From Mariniphaga sp. (GTDB taxonomy: Bacteria > Bacteroidota > Bacteroidia > Bacteroidales > Prolixibacteraceae): a stretch of DNA of 64,000 bases. The DNA lies in assembly GCF_041687215.1 (NCBI RefSeq), contig NZ_JAWLCI010000018.1, forward strand, positions 3,572-67,571, read 5' to 3'. A program made the position numbers and the translations under genes. Positions 41,239 through 50,779 of the stretch are shown piece after piece; the first letter of the stretch is position 1; every line of letters starts with the position of its first letter. The notes below the pieces were generated by a model. That model saw nothing but the letters and a program-made list of their open reading frames with translations, was not told the origin of the DNA and searched no databases.

Positions 41239-42186
41239 TTAGTCAGTCTGTATTCCAGTTGTTGACGGACGAGCTTGAATAGTTTGAGTCTGAACAGGAG
41301 TAGCAGTAATATCAGTCCCTGCATTATTGGTTATTTCAGTAACGGCATTTTCACCATCGTCTTCAACATCTGACAAGGTAAGTGTAATCGTTTTTTCTGA
41401 AAGATTTTCTTCGAATGCAGCATCATCAGATGTGCCGTTATTCACATTTACACGGAAATAAACAACTTCTGAACCAGCCCCATTGGCAGGAACTGTAAGA
41501 TTCGGTTCATCATCCCACTCAGCAAAGGTTCCTGCTTCTCCAATTTTATATTCCACTGTTACATCAGTATTGATAGTTTCGACAAAGGTTCCAACAAATG
41601 ACCAGCTTGAATAAAGATCAGATGCCGTCAGTTTAAACATGAAATTGTCGGTTCCGTAATTGTAAGTAATATCTGCTCCATCAGCAGAAAGTGCAATATC
41701 AACCGGACAACGAGTAGGATCATCTGTCAAAGTAGTACCGTCTGAAGCAAGAGCTTCAAATAATAATGTGAAATTGTTGGTTGGCAAAATTGGAATTGCT
41801 TTAATGTTAGTACATAAAGGGTCAACTCCAACTTCCTGTACTACCAAATAATAATAGTTTGTTGTTGATGCAGTTGGGTTCCATTTTAATTCAATACTAT
41901 TACCTCCAACAGTTCCAGTGTTATATTCAACTCCACCATTTGTTGTAATAACTTCAAAATCACTTGTTAATGCAGTAGGTGTTAAAAGGTTTCCTGGAGT
42001 TGTACTAATCCACCACGTGTAAGTACTGGTTTCACCAGCTTCAGTTGGAGTTTCAAATGTTCCATTTACCCAATACTTGTGTATTGATCCAATCGAAGGT
42101 TCAGTTCCGGTATTTGTTTGTGCAAAAACCTTTGCACTCATTGCGGTTAAGGCAACCGCGGCCAAAAGAATAAATAGCTTTTTCAT
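41239..42186 (-). CDS. Secreted beta-rich protein, candidate fimbrial subunit
   Basis: SPI signal (KVFA|Q); N-domain GSIHKYWV..YTW..LKW..EVG..C; C-tail QARPSTTGIQTD. Confidence 0.75.
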   Translation of the reverse strand: MKKLFILLAAVALTAMSAKVFAQTNTGTEPSIGSIHKYWVNGTFETPTEAGETSTYTWWISTTPGNLLTPTALTSDFEVITTNGGVEYNTGTVGGNSIELKWNPTASTTNYYYLVVQEVGVDPLCTNIKAIPILPTNNFTLLFEALASDGTTLTDDPTRCPVDIALSADGADITYNYGTDNFMFKLTASDLYSSWSFVGTFVETINTDVTVEYKIGEAGTFAEWDDEPNLTVPANGAGSEVVYFRVNVNNGTSDDAAFEENLSEKTITLTLSDVEDDGENAVTEITNNAGTDITATPVQTQTIQARPSTTGIQTD

Positions 42187-42253
42187 GTTTGTAAATTTTA
42201 ATTGTGAATAAAATAATTTGTTTAAAATGTTAATTTATAAAGTTTTATAATTC

Positions 42254-43027
42254 CTAATCAGTTGAAATATCTGATGTTTGCGGTATTGGGTTGATGCTTT
42301 GTGTGGCTGTCCAGTCATCACTGTCAACATCGGGTGTATTGTATGTCAGTTCTTTGGCAGATGTAAAAGTTAAAATCACATCTTCAGCACTGTAAAGTTC
42401 TCCGGTTGCATCCATTGTAATGGTAACTGAACCTGCGCCGGATGTACTCGTCAGATCAGTTAGTGTATATGTTCCACCACTTTCAGAAAGCGTTCCGGAA
42501 CCGGCTGATACATTGGCAACAGTTGCACCGCTGGAAGAAATTAAAGTAAAACTAAACTCCCAGTTTGGATTGAAAGCTGCATCGTCGGTTTTCATATCCA
42601 CTACAAAAGAAACTTCTGTGGTAACATCAGTTCCTGCATAATTTACCATGCCGTCGGCAGCATTACAGGTGGCAGCAGGCGCAACTGCAGTTACATCGAA
42701 GGTGTTTTCAGAAACTGTTATTTCAAGTTCTTTGATAGTTGCACAATTTGTTGTTCCGTCCAATTCAGTAAATTGCAATTTGTATGAACCTGCTGTTGTC
42801 CAGGTTATATTTGCAACAGAATTATCCCCATCAATGGTTTGGGAATTAATAATGTAACCCGTAGACTCTACAATACTCCAGGTGAGAGAATTAGATGTAC
42901 TTTCGGGTTCAACTGTATAGTTATGAGTTGAACCCACAAAAGGCGTTTCCCCATCCTGTGCCATTACCCCGGAACTTATCAGCAGCAGGGCGGTGGCAGT
43001 CATTAAAAATGTAAATACTTTTTTCAT
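42254..43027 (-). CDS. Secreted beta-rich protein, candidate fimbrial subunit
   Basis: SPI signal (GVMA|Q); GSTHNYTV..LTW..ITW..GSYKL..E..C; C-tail NPIPQTSDISTD; start reset to MKKVF. Confidence 0.75.
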   Translation of the reverse strand: MKKVFTFLMTATALLLISSGVMAQDGETPFVGSTHNYTVEPESTSNSLTWSIVESTGYIINSQTIDGDNSVANITWTTAGSYKLQFTELDGTTNCATIKELEITVSENTFDVTAVAPAATCNAADGMVNYAGTDVTTEVSFVVDMKTDDAAFNPNWEFSFTLISSSGATVANVSAGSGTLSESGGTYTLTDLTSTSGAGSVTITMDATGELYSAEDVILTFTSAKELTYNTPDVDSDDWTATQSINPIPQTSDISTD

Positions 43028-43071
43028 TGTTTTGATTTTTTGGTTATTATTTTTTGTACAATTTTTCATTT

Positions 43072-44034
43072 TTAGTCAGGGATTATTTCACCGGTTGCTG
43101 GGAACGGATAAATTGTTACTGTAAAATTTTCCTCGTCCACACATCCACCACCGGCATCGTCATAAATATATAAAGTGATTGAGATTGTTATTTCATCTCC
43201 GGGATTCAGTAAACTTCCAGTGCCCCCAGGTCCGGTAAAATATGCTGCATTTCCGCTAAGGTTTGATCCCGAAATAGCAGGTAAAGTAAGACTGCCGCAG
43301 GAATTGATGTCACCGGGATTGGTGATTTGAGGCGGGTTACATTCATAAATTAATTCCACAATATAAGGAGGAATGATTCCACCGTCCACATTTTCCTCAA
43401 GGGAGGTTTCGGTACCAGAATGGCAGTCGTCCGTATTGGTTTGGGTTAATCCATCGTAATTATCACAAGCAACCAAACCTGTATTTTCGTTAATTGTTCC
43501 GAAAATATAAATACTGGCATCGTTTATCACAATGTCTCCCTGTTGAGTTGCCCCATCTTTTGTCAGGTTACCCATCACAATAAAATAACTGGAAAGATTC
43601 AGGCTAACTTTATTTGTTAAATGAACATTGCCCTTTACCAAAACGAGCGAATTGACTCCCATCACAAATTCCGACTCATTGTTGCCCTGAAAATTCATTG
43701 TCATATCGTTGTTGACTATCAAAGTTCCATAAACAATCAATTTTCCAGTAGCATTAATTGTTAAATCATTAACTTCAGCAGTTGTTCCAGCCTGTATTGT
43801 TACAATATCATTTATGACAACATTATCTGTGGCTGTTGGAACAGAACCCGTTCCCCATGTGCCTGGGGAACTCCAATTACCATTGCTGGTTGAAGTAATT
43901 TGTGCCTGAAGGGGATTTGAAGAAAAAAACATTAAAAACAAAAGCAATAAAAACAGAGCAGGTGCTTTTCTGAAAAACATCCGCTCCTGGAAGCAATTTT
44001 TTAATTTCGAACTGGCATGTAAAGGTTCAGCCAT
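43072..44034 (-). CDS. Secreted protein with G8-like/beta-helix N-domain, candidate tip subunit
   Basis: SPI signal (LQA|Q); GNWSSPGTW..P..TDNVVI; C-tail YPFPATGEIIPD; start may be 43980. Confidence 0.7.
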   Translation of the reverse strand: MAEPLHASSKLKNCFQERMFFRKAPALFLLLLFLMFFSSNPLQAQITSTSNGNWSSPGTWGTGSVPTATDNVVINDIVTIQAGTTAEVNDLTINATGKLIVYGTLIVNNDMTMNFQGNNESEFVMGVNSLVLVKGNVHLTNKVSLNLSSYFIVMGNLTKDGATQQGDIVINDASIYIFGTINENTGLVACDNYDGLTQTNTDDCHSGTETSLEENVDGGIIPPYIVELIYECNPPQITNPGDINSCGSLTLPAISGSNLSGNAAYFTGPGGTGSLLNPGDEITISITLYIYDDAGGGCVDEENFTVTIYPFPATGEIIPD

Positions 44035-44218
44035 CCACTTTCTTTAAGGTTATAGTTTTCCAGCAGCAAAACAGCCGGTCTTCAAACGAAGAGGACGCCC
44101 AACTGTTTGCCCGTTTTTTATTTTTGGTTTTTAAAAATCAAAAAATTATTCTGCCAAAATCTTCTCTATTTTTTTTGTGTCTTCCGTCCAATATCGGTTT
44201 GCAGACTCAAAAACGGGA

Positions 44219-44328
44219 CAAATATAATTTTTTTCGCCCAATTCGAGATTAACTAAAAAAATTTTTAATAGAATGGGAAACCACATCCCAATAAGGGACA
44301 GGCAAAAATTAAAAGAGATGCAAAGGTA
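44219..44328 (-). promoter_or_regulatory. Two Bacteroidota -7 elements upstream of the 5-gene operon
   Basis: TATATTTG (44219-44226) and TACCTTTG (44321-44328) on the minus strand. Confidence 0.5.
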
Positions 44329-44529
44329 CTAATTGCTGAATAGGGCTGCATGTAGCCGAAAGTGCATAGAATGAAAGCAAATTCTCTTCTATATTGGTGT
44401 TAAAAAAACCGGAATAGCATCAAAATAATGCTCGTATTTTGTTTAAGAAGGAGTTCAGAAATTAACTTTTCCAGGTGCTTTGTTTATCAATAAAATAACA
44501 TTTTGATTTACCAACGAGCGAAAGCCAAA

Positions 44530-46974
44530 CTACTTCTTAACCATTTTTTGGGTAAACAATTCATTTTTCCCGCAGGATACTTTTAACAAATAAATTCCAC
44601 TTTTTGCGTCGGACAATTCGATTGATTCCTGGTTGCCCAATGGAAATACTCCATCTTTTTTATAAATCGTTTTTCCAAAAATATCGATTACCGAAACTTC
44701 AACCTGATCGCTGTTTTCAAAGGCCGAAAAATCAAGAAAAAATTTATTGTCAAACGGGTTGGGAAATGCAAGAATTGATTTTTGGACAATCAAATCGCTG
44801 TCGGTAGCCAGGTTTGTTTGAATTTCAAGATTATCAATTGCCCATCCCCAGCCATTCAACGATTGGTCTGAGGCAAGCCTGAACCGAAAAAGTACCGTGT
44901 CACCTGCGGAGAAATCTGTATTATCGGTAAGGTGAATTATATTTTTCAAAAACATATTCTGGTTGCCCACGGCCTGTGATTTGTTGTTTACCGTTGAAGT
45001 TAAAAATGCCGATTCCCATTTTTCATTTGCACCGGAATCGTACCCGGGTGAAAAAGGAGACCAGGTAAAACCATCATCTTTACTTCCTTCCACAATTACA
45101 AAATCCCAGAATAAATCTTTTGTAAAGTCAGTGCCTTTTTCGCCGGGTTCTACCAAAACCACTTCATCAAAACGCAATTCGCCACCCTCCTGCAAAATAA
45201 CCGGGTATTTTAATTGCGCAATCAGGTTGAATTTTTCGTCTTTCACTGCCGACAAGGGGTAAGGATTGATAGTATGCAATATATTATCTGAAAAACCAAC
45301 CATTCTTGAAATATTGAAATCGGCAACTGCAAAATCGGATAAGCCGGTCTCAAAATCAGAAGAATATTCGTTTACCGGTTCAAGTGATTGGAAAAAACTG
45401 ACCGAATAAAATCCGGCTGATGGTGAATATTTTTTATTTCCATTGGCCGATTTATCTTCTGCAACAATCCGGTATTCCAAATTTCCATTTTTAAACTGTT
45501 CGTTATTTAGCTGGAGTATTCCTGAATAATTTTCTTTTCCTGATAATTTAAGCTCAACAGGAGATTGCAATTCTCCGTTAAATTTATACTCCACTTTAAC
45601 CGTATTTACCCCGAGATTATCTTTTGCCAAAGCATGAACTAAAAAATCGACCGAATTTCCGGGAATAATTTTTTGCGGATTATGGGCAATTACTGGTGGA
45701 ATATAATCGGGGCCAATTTTAAACGTAAGTTTTTTAACTGGCGCAGAGAATGGGAATGTATAAGTTTTCCCATTTGTTGTTTTGGCTTCAAAATAATAAT
45801 CAATTTTTCCGGTGGAATATTCAAGAGCAATTATTCCCTTAAATTTCCCGGCAGAATCAGCGCGGGTAAGTTCTGCAGAAGTTGAAGTTTCAAAATTATT
45901 GGCAGAAGAAATGATTTGAACCGAAAAATCTTTGGTTTCATCTCCAGTATAAATTTCAATTTCAACAGGTAGTTCAGCACATGGTTCTTCAAAATCTTTT
46001 AAAGGTTCAAATTCGAAAACAGGGGCATTCCAACCCATTTCATTTAAAATAGACAAAACTTCATTTCCCGGATGATGAATAGCTAACCCTTTGTCTGCAA
46101 ATGGCATCATTAAACCCCCATCATCTGTTAAATGATAAATACTGGCTCCTTCATTCCAGTAGGGAGGTGAATAAACTTCTGAAATCCGGGCATTTTTTTC
46201 ATTTTCGTTTGAAGCTAAAAATCTAAGATTGCCCGAAACCAGTGCATTATGCAGTTGAACTGACGGACTTGGAAATAGAACAGAATTGGCCAACTGCTGG
46301 TTATCTGTGTTAAAAACATACAAATCGTAAATGCTGGGCACATGGTTTCCGTTATTCAAAAAACCATTGGTACCATCATCTTTAAAAAATCCTGAAAAAC
46401 CCAGTCCGTGGGCAATTTCATGCAGAATTGCAGTAACAAAATCGTAATGTGTTTCAGGAGTATTTCCATCAGTCCCAAAATACCACGGCAAATTCTGATT
46501 AAAACTGCAAATAATATCATAATTTCCAGGATTCATATCTTCACCAGAAAGCTTTTCAGCCAGCGCAACCGGGTAATAAACATTTTTTTGCAGTACTTCC
46601 TCAAAATTCATATAAAACGAAGTTGGTCTGCTTTTGGCCAGAATGTTGGCATCCATCGATTCCATTTTAACCAGAACATTTACGGGAACCGGGCTATAAA
46701 AAAGACCCTCCCAAATTTGAAATGCATAGTTTAGGGCAGAATGTGCATCCTCAGTTAAATTTTCTGAATTTATCTTGAAAACCGCTTTAACAGAACCTGC
46801 AGATTTCAACTTTGATTTTTCAGGCGGTCCGGTAAATTTTTTGTTAATATTGCCTGATGCATAGTTAACAAAGTCATTCGTTAATGTTTTCTTCACTACC
46901 TCATTTTTTTGAGCTACGGCGTTGAAAACTCCCGAAATTAACCATAGTATTATGAACAGCCTATTCATTTTCAT
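44530..46974 (-). CDS. T9SS type-A CTD protein with zinc metallopeptidase motif
   Basis: ILHEIAHGLGF; C-terminal FPNPF..DIFGK..SGIYLLKV. Confidence 0.85.
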   Translation of the reverse strand: MKMNRLFIILWLISGVFNAVAQKNEVVKKTLTNDFVNYASGNINKKFTGPPEKSKLKSAGSVKAVFKINSENLTEDAHSALNYAFQIWEGLFYSPVPVNVLVKMESMDANILAKSRPTSFYMNFEEVLQKNVYYPVALAEKLSGEDMNPGNYDIICSFNQNLPWYFGTDGNTPETHYDFVTAILHEIAHGLGFSGFFKDDGTNGFLNNGNHVPSIYDLYVFNTDNQQLANSVLFPSPSVQLHNALVSGNLRFLASNENEKNARISEVYSPPYWNEGASIYHLTDDGGLMMPFADKGLAIHHPGNEVLSILNEMGWNAPVFEFEPLKDFEEPCAELPVEIEIYTGDETKDFSVQIISSANNFETSTSAELTRADSAGKFKGIIALEYSTGKIDYYFEAKTTNGKTYTFPFSAPVKKLTFKIGPDYIPPVIAHNPQKIIPGNSVDFLVHALAKDNLGVNTVKVEYKFNGELQSPVELKLSGKENYSGILQLNNEQFKNGNLEYRIVAEDKSANGNKKYSPSAGFYSVSFFQSLEPVNEYSSDFETGLSDFAVADFNISRMVGFSDNILHTINPYPLSAVKDEKFNLIAQLKYPVILQEGGELRFDEVVLVEPGEKGTDFTKDLFWDFVIVEGSKDDGFTWSPFSPGYDSGANEKWESAFLTSTVNNKSQAVGNQNMFLKNIIHLTDNTDFSAGDTVLFRFRLASDQSLNGWGWAIDNLEIQTNLATDSDLIVQKSILAFPNPFDNKFFLDFSAFENSDQVEVSVIDIFGKTIYKKDGVFPLGNQESIELSDAKSGIYLLKVSCGKNELFTQKMVKK

Positions 46975-47327
46975 TAACTTTATTAAAGCATGATATTATG
47001 CAACTAAGTTAATGGGATCCAAACTGGTAAATCGATTTTAAAACCTTATTCATGGGTTGAATAAAGCCGTAAAACAGGACTGGAAAAGGACATATTTAAA
47101 CGTGCAAAAAGGATGACACAAAAAGTAAAAAATGCTGATTAAAAGGGTAAAAATTACTGATGTCAGAAAATTCAAACCTTCAAATTGGCTTACCCCAAGG
47201 GCTATCGACTATTTAACAAAACATTTTTGAATGAACAGGAATTATTGTACCCGAATACCATTACAGGGGAATTTTAAGAAAATAATGAAAAAAAATTTGA
47301 AGGATGCAAATGTCAATTTTAAAAAAT

Positions 47328-47358
47328 AAAGGCCATCAATTTTTAACTGATGACCTTT
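47328..47358 (-). terminator. Intrinsic terminator downstream of the tRNA fragment
   Basis: aaaggtcatca/tgatggccttt stem followed by a U-rich run on the minus strand. Confidence 0.6.
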
Positions 47359-47360
47359 TG

Positions 47361-47390
47361 TGGGAACTACTGGATTCGAACCAGTGACCC
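47361..47390 (-). pseudogene. tRNA 3' fragment (T-arm plus acceptor strand; Val-like by recall, unverified)
   Basis: gggtcactggTTCGAATccagtagttccca: T-arm actgg/ccagt; no D-arm or matching 5' acceptor strand upstream. Confidence 0.7.
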
Positions 47391-47598
47391 TCCCGATTGC
47401 ATCATGGACTGAAAGGTCTGGTGTCCATAACCTGGCAGCGTTTAAATGATTTAATACTTAAAAAGCTAAAATAATTAAAGTTGAAATAATTGAAATGAAT
47501 AATTTCATAGCAGTAAATTTTAATTTTATCATTTTTTATGTCTGCATTTCTATGATCAATTTATACTTTCAGCCCGGCAATGGTTCATCATGCATAAA

Positions 47599-48252
47599 TT
47601 AATATCCATTACCTATGCCATCTCCACAGATACGGCCATGGACATCAGCATGGAGAATTAAAGTACTAAAATCTATCGTCCCATTGTTTATAAATTTGCC
47701 TGTTGCGTTTTCAAAAATACCGTTTCCTGCCAGCACTTCCAGTTTGTTGTTGATTCTGGCAATATTGTTTTTCACGGGCGATTGTACGGCATGATCCCAG
47801 GTAACAAATGCCCCGTCATCGCTTTTAAAAAAATGAAACAGATGATAGAAGACCGCAGAATTTTCTTTTTCATTTGTAGCAGAACGATGTGTGATAAAAG
47901 ATCCCAACTCTCAGGTGACACCGGCAATTGTTGTTTCGTTTGGCATAGCCCCCATGAAACCGGTAACCTTAAATTCATCTTCCAGCCATGCCATCGGGTC
48001 ACCATACTTAGGATGCACATTAAAGGCGCCGGCATCTTTTAAGACATCTAACAGATCTGTCACTTCAGAAAAATCGAAATAAAAGAAACCTGATAATTGA
48101 AAATCATCCTGAAAGCGAACATTCTCACAATTCTCAACAGATAAACTCTTGCTTTTAAGCAAAAACATGTCATCTGATACAGCTTCTTCGATTGCAGTGT
48201 CACATGCCATAAGAGTGATGGATGCAAATACAAAAAACATTGATTTTTTCAT
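47599..48252 (-). pseudogene. Lipoprotein gene interrupted by an in-frame TGA
   Basis: ORFs 47911-48252 and 47599-47907 are in frame; TGA at 47911-47913 (AGVT*ELGSF); lipobox LMAC. Confidence 0.75.
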
Positions 48253-48378
48253 AACATTTCCTCCTTTTAATTATCGTAGTACATTTTAATTTTATTGTAA
48301 ATTCTTCTTTTTGCATCAGACTGTTTGAGCCGATGACGACAAAACAAATTTATGCTCAAACACCGTTTTTCTGTTTTT

Positions 48379-48413
48379 CTTAAAAGTTCAAAAAGTTTAC
48401 TTATTGGTTCATT
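48379..48413 (-). promoter_or_regulatory. Candidate AraC-type operator (copy 1)
   Basis: cttaaaagttcaa plus gttcat 21 bp later; -7 element TAAATTTG at 48345-48352. Confidence 0.5.
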
Positions 48414-48499
48414 CTTATTCTGTTACTGAATTCTTTTTCGCATTTCGTCTTCACAGGATTTTAATGTTTAAAGTCCATGCGACAAAATTCACTTCCTGT

Positions 48500-50746
48500 T
48501 TACCTGCCAATATGAAATGTATGAACGTATTTTAGCGTAATAGTCCTGAAATCGGAAAACGGGAGTAGCGGATCGCTTTTTCCTTTATTGTTCAACATTT
48601 CATTGTAAACCAGGTATAAATCATTTCCGTCTTTGGGATTATAACGCAGACGGAAATTGAACAAACTGATTTGTGACAGTGAATTGTACTGCACAAATGC
48701 ATTCATGCTTAGTTTTACGTTCATTGAAGATGAAATCTTCAGGCGTCCCACATGTGAAATATAATCGGGCGAATATTCAAAGTTGATTCGGTTAAATTCA
48801 TAAAACCCATTCAGCGTAATGTATTTTGAAATGGTGTAGGTAGGAGTAACCGATGCCGAAAACCGCTTTCCTCCATAAAAATTTCCGGAGTTGAATGTAA
48901 AAGATGAATTGAGGAGTTTCACTCTTGAAGTCTGATAGAGAAAGGTTAAATCATTATTTACATATTTTCCCGGATGAATTACAATTTCGCGGCTAAGATT
49001 AAAGGCAACCGGCGGATTGTCAAGGAAGCGGGAATAAGTGAATTGCACGATGCTTCGGTTTTTCCACTCCAGTTGGATAAAAGGCGAAACCAAAAAAGTT
49101 TCCAATTGGATTGACGTATTTGAAAAGTATGCCTGTGAATTGACCGTAAATTGCAGGTAATCCAAAGCGGATTTTTCACCAGGAATCCAGCCCCAGGAAA
49201 TGCGGTCGCCAAATGCCTTGAAATTTTTTCTCATTTCAAAACCCAGGCCGGGGTCGTAGTTCAAATCGACCTGTGAGTAACTCAGCGAGTAATTAAATCC
49301 AACATTAGACCGGTCCTCCCACTGCAAATAAATCCGGTTTCGATCTTTCGGAAAATTTGAGTCTGAATCAGTTTGCTGTGATTGCCGGCTCTGTGCCAGG
49401 TTCACCTTCAAATAGTCATCCCTGAAAAGGTTGATTATTCCATCCAAACCGTAGGTTAGGTTGGTATTTCCCATAAAATCGGTACGCGATGTGAATATAC
49501 CGCCGACATAAGAGTTGTTTTCCGAAATTCTTTTTCGTAACCGGAGTACTCCGAAATTTTCAGAAGGAAAATCAAACTTTTCCTGCGACTGCATAGTCAT
49601 GACACCCACATCGAAACTTTGAATACGACCAACCAGGCGCACTCCGCCCCATAAAGGAATAAGTTTACCTTCATTGATTCCGATTCTTCTGCTGTAAAAC
49701 AACCGGTTATCATTTTCAAAACTAAATTCCATAATGCTTGAACGTTCCAGGAAAAATCTTCTTTTTTCAGGAAAAAAGAGAGAAAACCGGCTCAGGTTAA
49801 CCACCTGATCATCGGCCTCAACCTGCGCAAAGTCTGTGTTTACGGTAATATCCAGGTTCAGATTGTTCGAAACAGCATGTTGAATATCCAATCCGACATC
49901 CAGTTTATTGCCGGATATTTTTTCAAATCCAGGTGATTCCGACAACCGGTTATGATAGTATCCCAAACGCGACAATACATAAGGAGAAGTAAACCAGGGC
50001 CTTTTATTCTGAATTCCTGAAAAAATGACATCCTGTGCCTGAGATGGTTTGATGAAACTCCAGAATCCCCAGTCTCTGGGAATAGCAGGATAAACATCCA
50101 ATTGCTTACTAAATGGACGATAGCGGTAGGCTATTAGTCCCATTGTTGTCAAATCATTTTCACTTTGAAAACGCAGGCTGCTGAAAGGAATACGTGCTTC
50201 TGCCATCCAGCCTTCATCATTTAAAGAAACTTTTGCTTCCCAGTAGGCATTCCACGATAAATCATTGGGATTATTTCCCTGCGCATCATTTCTGACACTT
50301 ATATCAATGCGTGAACCGGTAGGAGACAAACAAAAGTACAGTGCATTTTCATTGTCGTTGTAAGTATCCAAAATCAATGAAATTTGGTCCATTGTCATGT
50401 CCAGTTTATCGTGCTCGAAATAGGGCTGCTGGATTAGGGCGGGATCATCATAGCAAATAGCAGAGAAATAAAGGAATTTTTCATCGTACGCCACACGAAA
50501 TTCAGTTCGGGTGCCGGGCTCAGCAGAAAACGCCGGCCAATGGCTAACAAGAGGCAAAGCAGCTATAGAACCCCATTCCAGTGAATCCACAACTCCATCA
50601 AAAAGAATTGCAGTCTCCATTTTGGGTACCAGAGCCAATTGCCCAAATGCACCAGTTGCCGGTGCACCGGGCTCCTTTTCGTTCATAGGTTGGCACCAAA
50701 CTACTTTTGTGAGTAACAGAAATGATAATCCAATTATAAACTTCAT
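48500..50746 (-). CDS. CBM9-like + DUF5916 outer-membrane protein
   Basis: DGVVD..EW, WMAEARIPFSSLRF, NTDFAQVEAD, LFFPEKRRFF, FYSRRIG. Confidence 0.85.
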   Translation of the reverse strand: MKFIIGLSFLLLTKVVWCQPMNEKEPGAPATGAFGQLALVPKMETAILFDGVVDSLEWGSIAALPLVSHWPAFSAEPGTRTEFRVAYDEKFLYFSAICYDDPALIQQPYFEHDKLDMTMDQISLILDTYNDNENALYFCLSPTGSRIDISVRNDAQGNNPNDLSWNAYWEAKVSLNDEGWMAEARIPFSSLRFQSENDLTTMGLIAYRYRPFSKQLDVYPAIPRDWGFWSFIKPSQAQDVIFSGIQNKRPWFTSPYVLSRLGYYHNRLSESPGFEKISGNKLDVGLDIQHAVSNNLNLDITVNTDFAQVEADDQVVNLSRFSLFFPEKRRFFLERSSIMEFSFENDNRLFYSRRIGINEGKLIPLWGGVRLVGRIQSFDVGVMTMQSQEKFDFPSENFGVLRLRKRISENNSYVGGIFTSRTDFMGNTNLTYGLDGIINLFRDDYLKVNLAQSRQSQQTDSDSNFPKDRNRIYLQWEDRSNVGFNYSLSYSQVDLNYDPGLGFEMRKNFKAFGDRISWGWIPGEKSALDYLQFTVNSQAYFSNTSIQLETFLVSPFIQLEWKNRSIVQFTYSRFLDNPPVAFNLSREIVIHPGKYVNNDLTFLYQTSRVKLLNSSFTFNSGNFYGGKRFSASVTPTYTISKYITLNGFYEFNRINFEYSPDYISHVGRLKISSSMNVKLSMNAFVQYNSLSQISLFNFRLRYNPKDGNDLYLVYNEMLNNKGKSDPLLPFSDFRTITLKYVHTFHIGR

Positions 50747-50779
50747 TTTTTCATTGATTCTAACAAGAAAAATCAGAGC

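Noticed and set aside
37155-44034. Canonical type V pilus (Fim/Mfa)
   Set aside because: Subunits lack lipobox cysteines and no FimB/Mfa2-type lipoprotein anchor is present; the anchor is a T9SS type-B protein
44060-44115. c-di-GMP-I riboswitch (GGGCAAAC seen)
   Set aside because: Lacks the GNRA-capped stem and GGGACGCAAAGC-type core
47361-47440. Intact tRNA gene
   Set aside because: No D-arm, anticodon loop or complementary 5' acceptor strand
47911-47913. Selenocysteine recoding
   Set aside because: No redox motif context and no recognisable SECIS; Trp-to-stop is simpler
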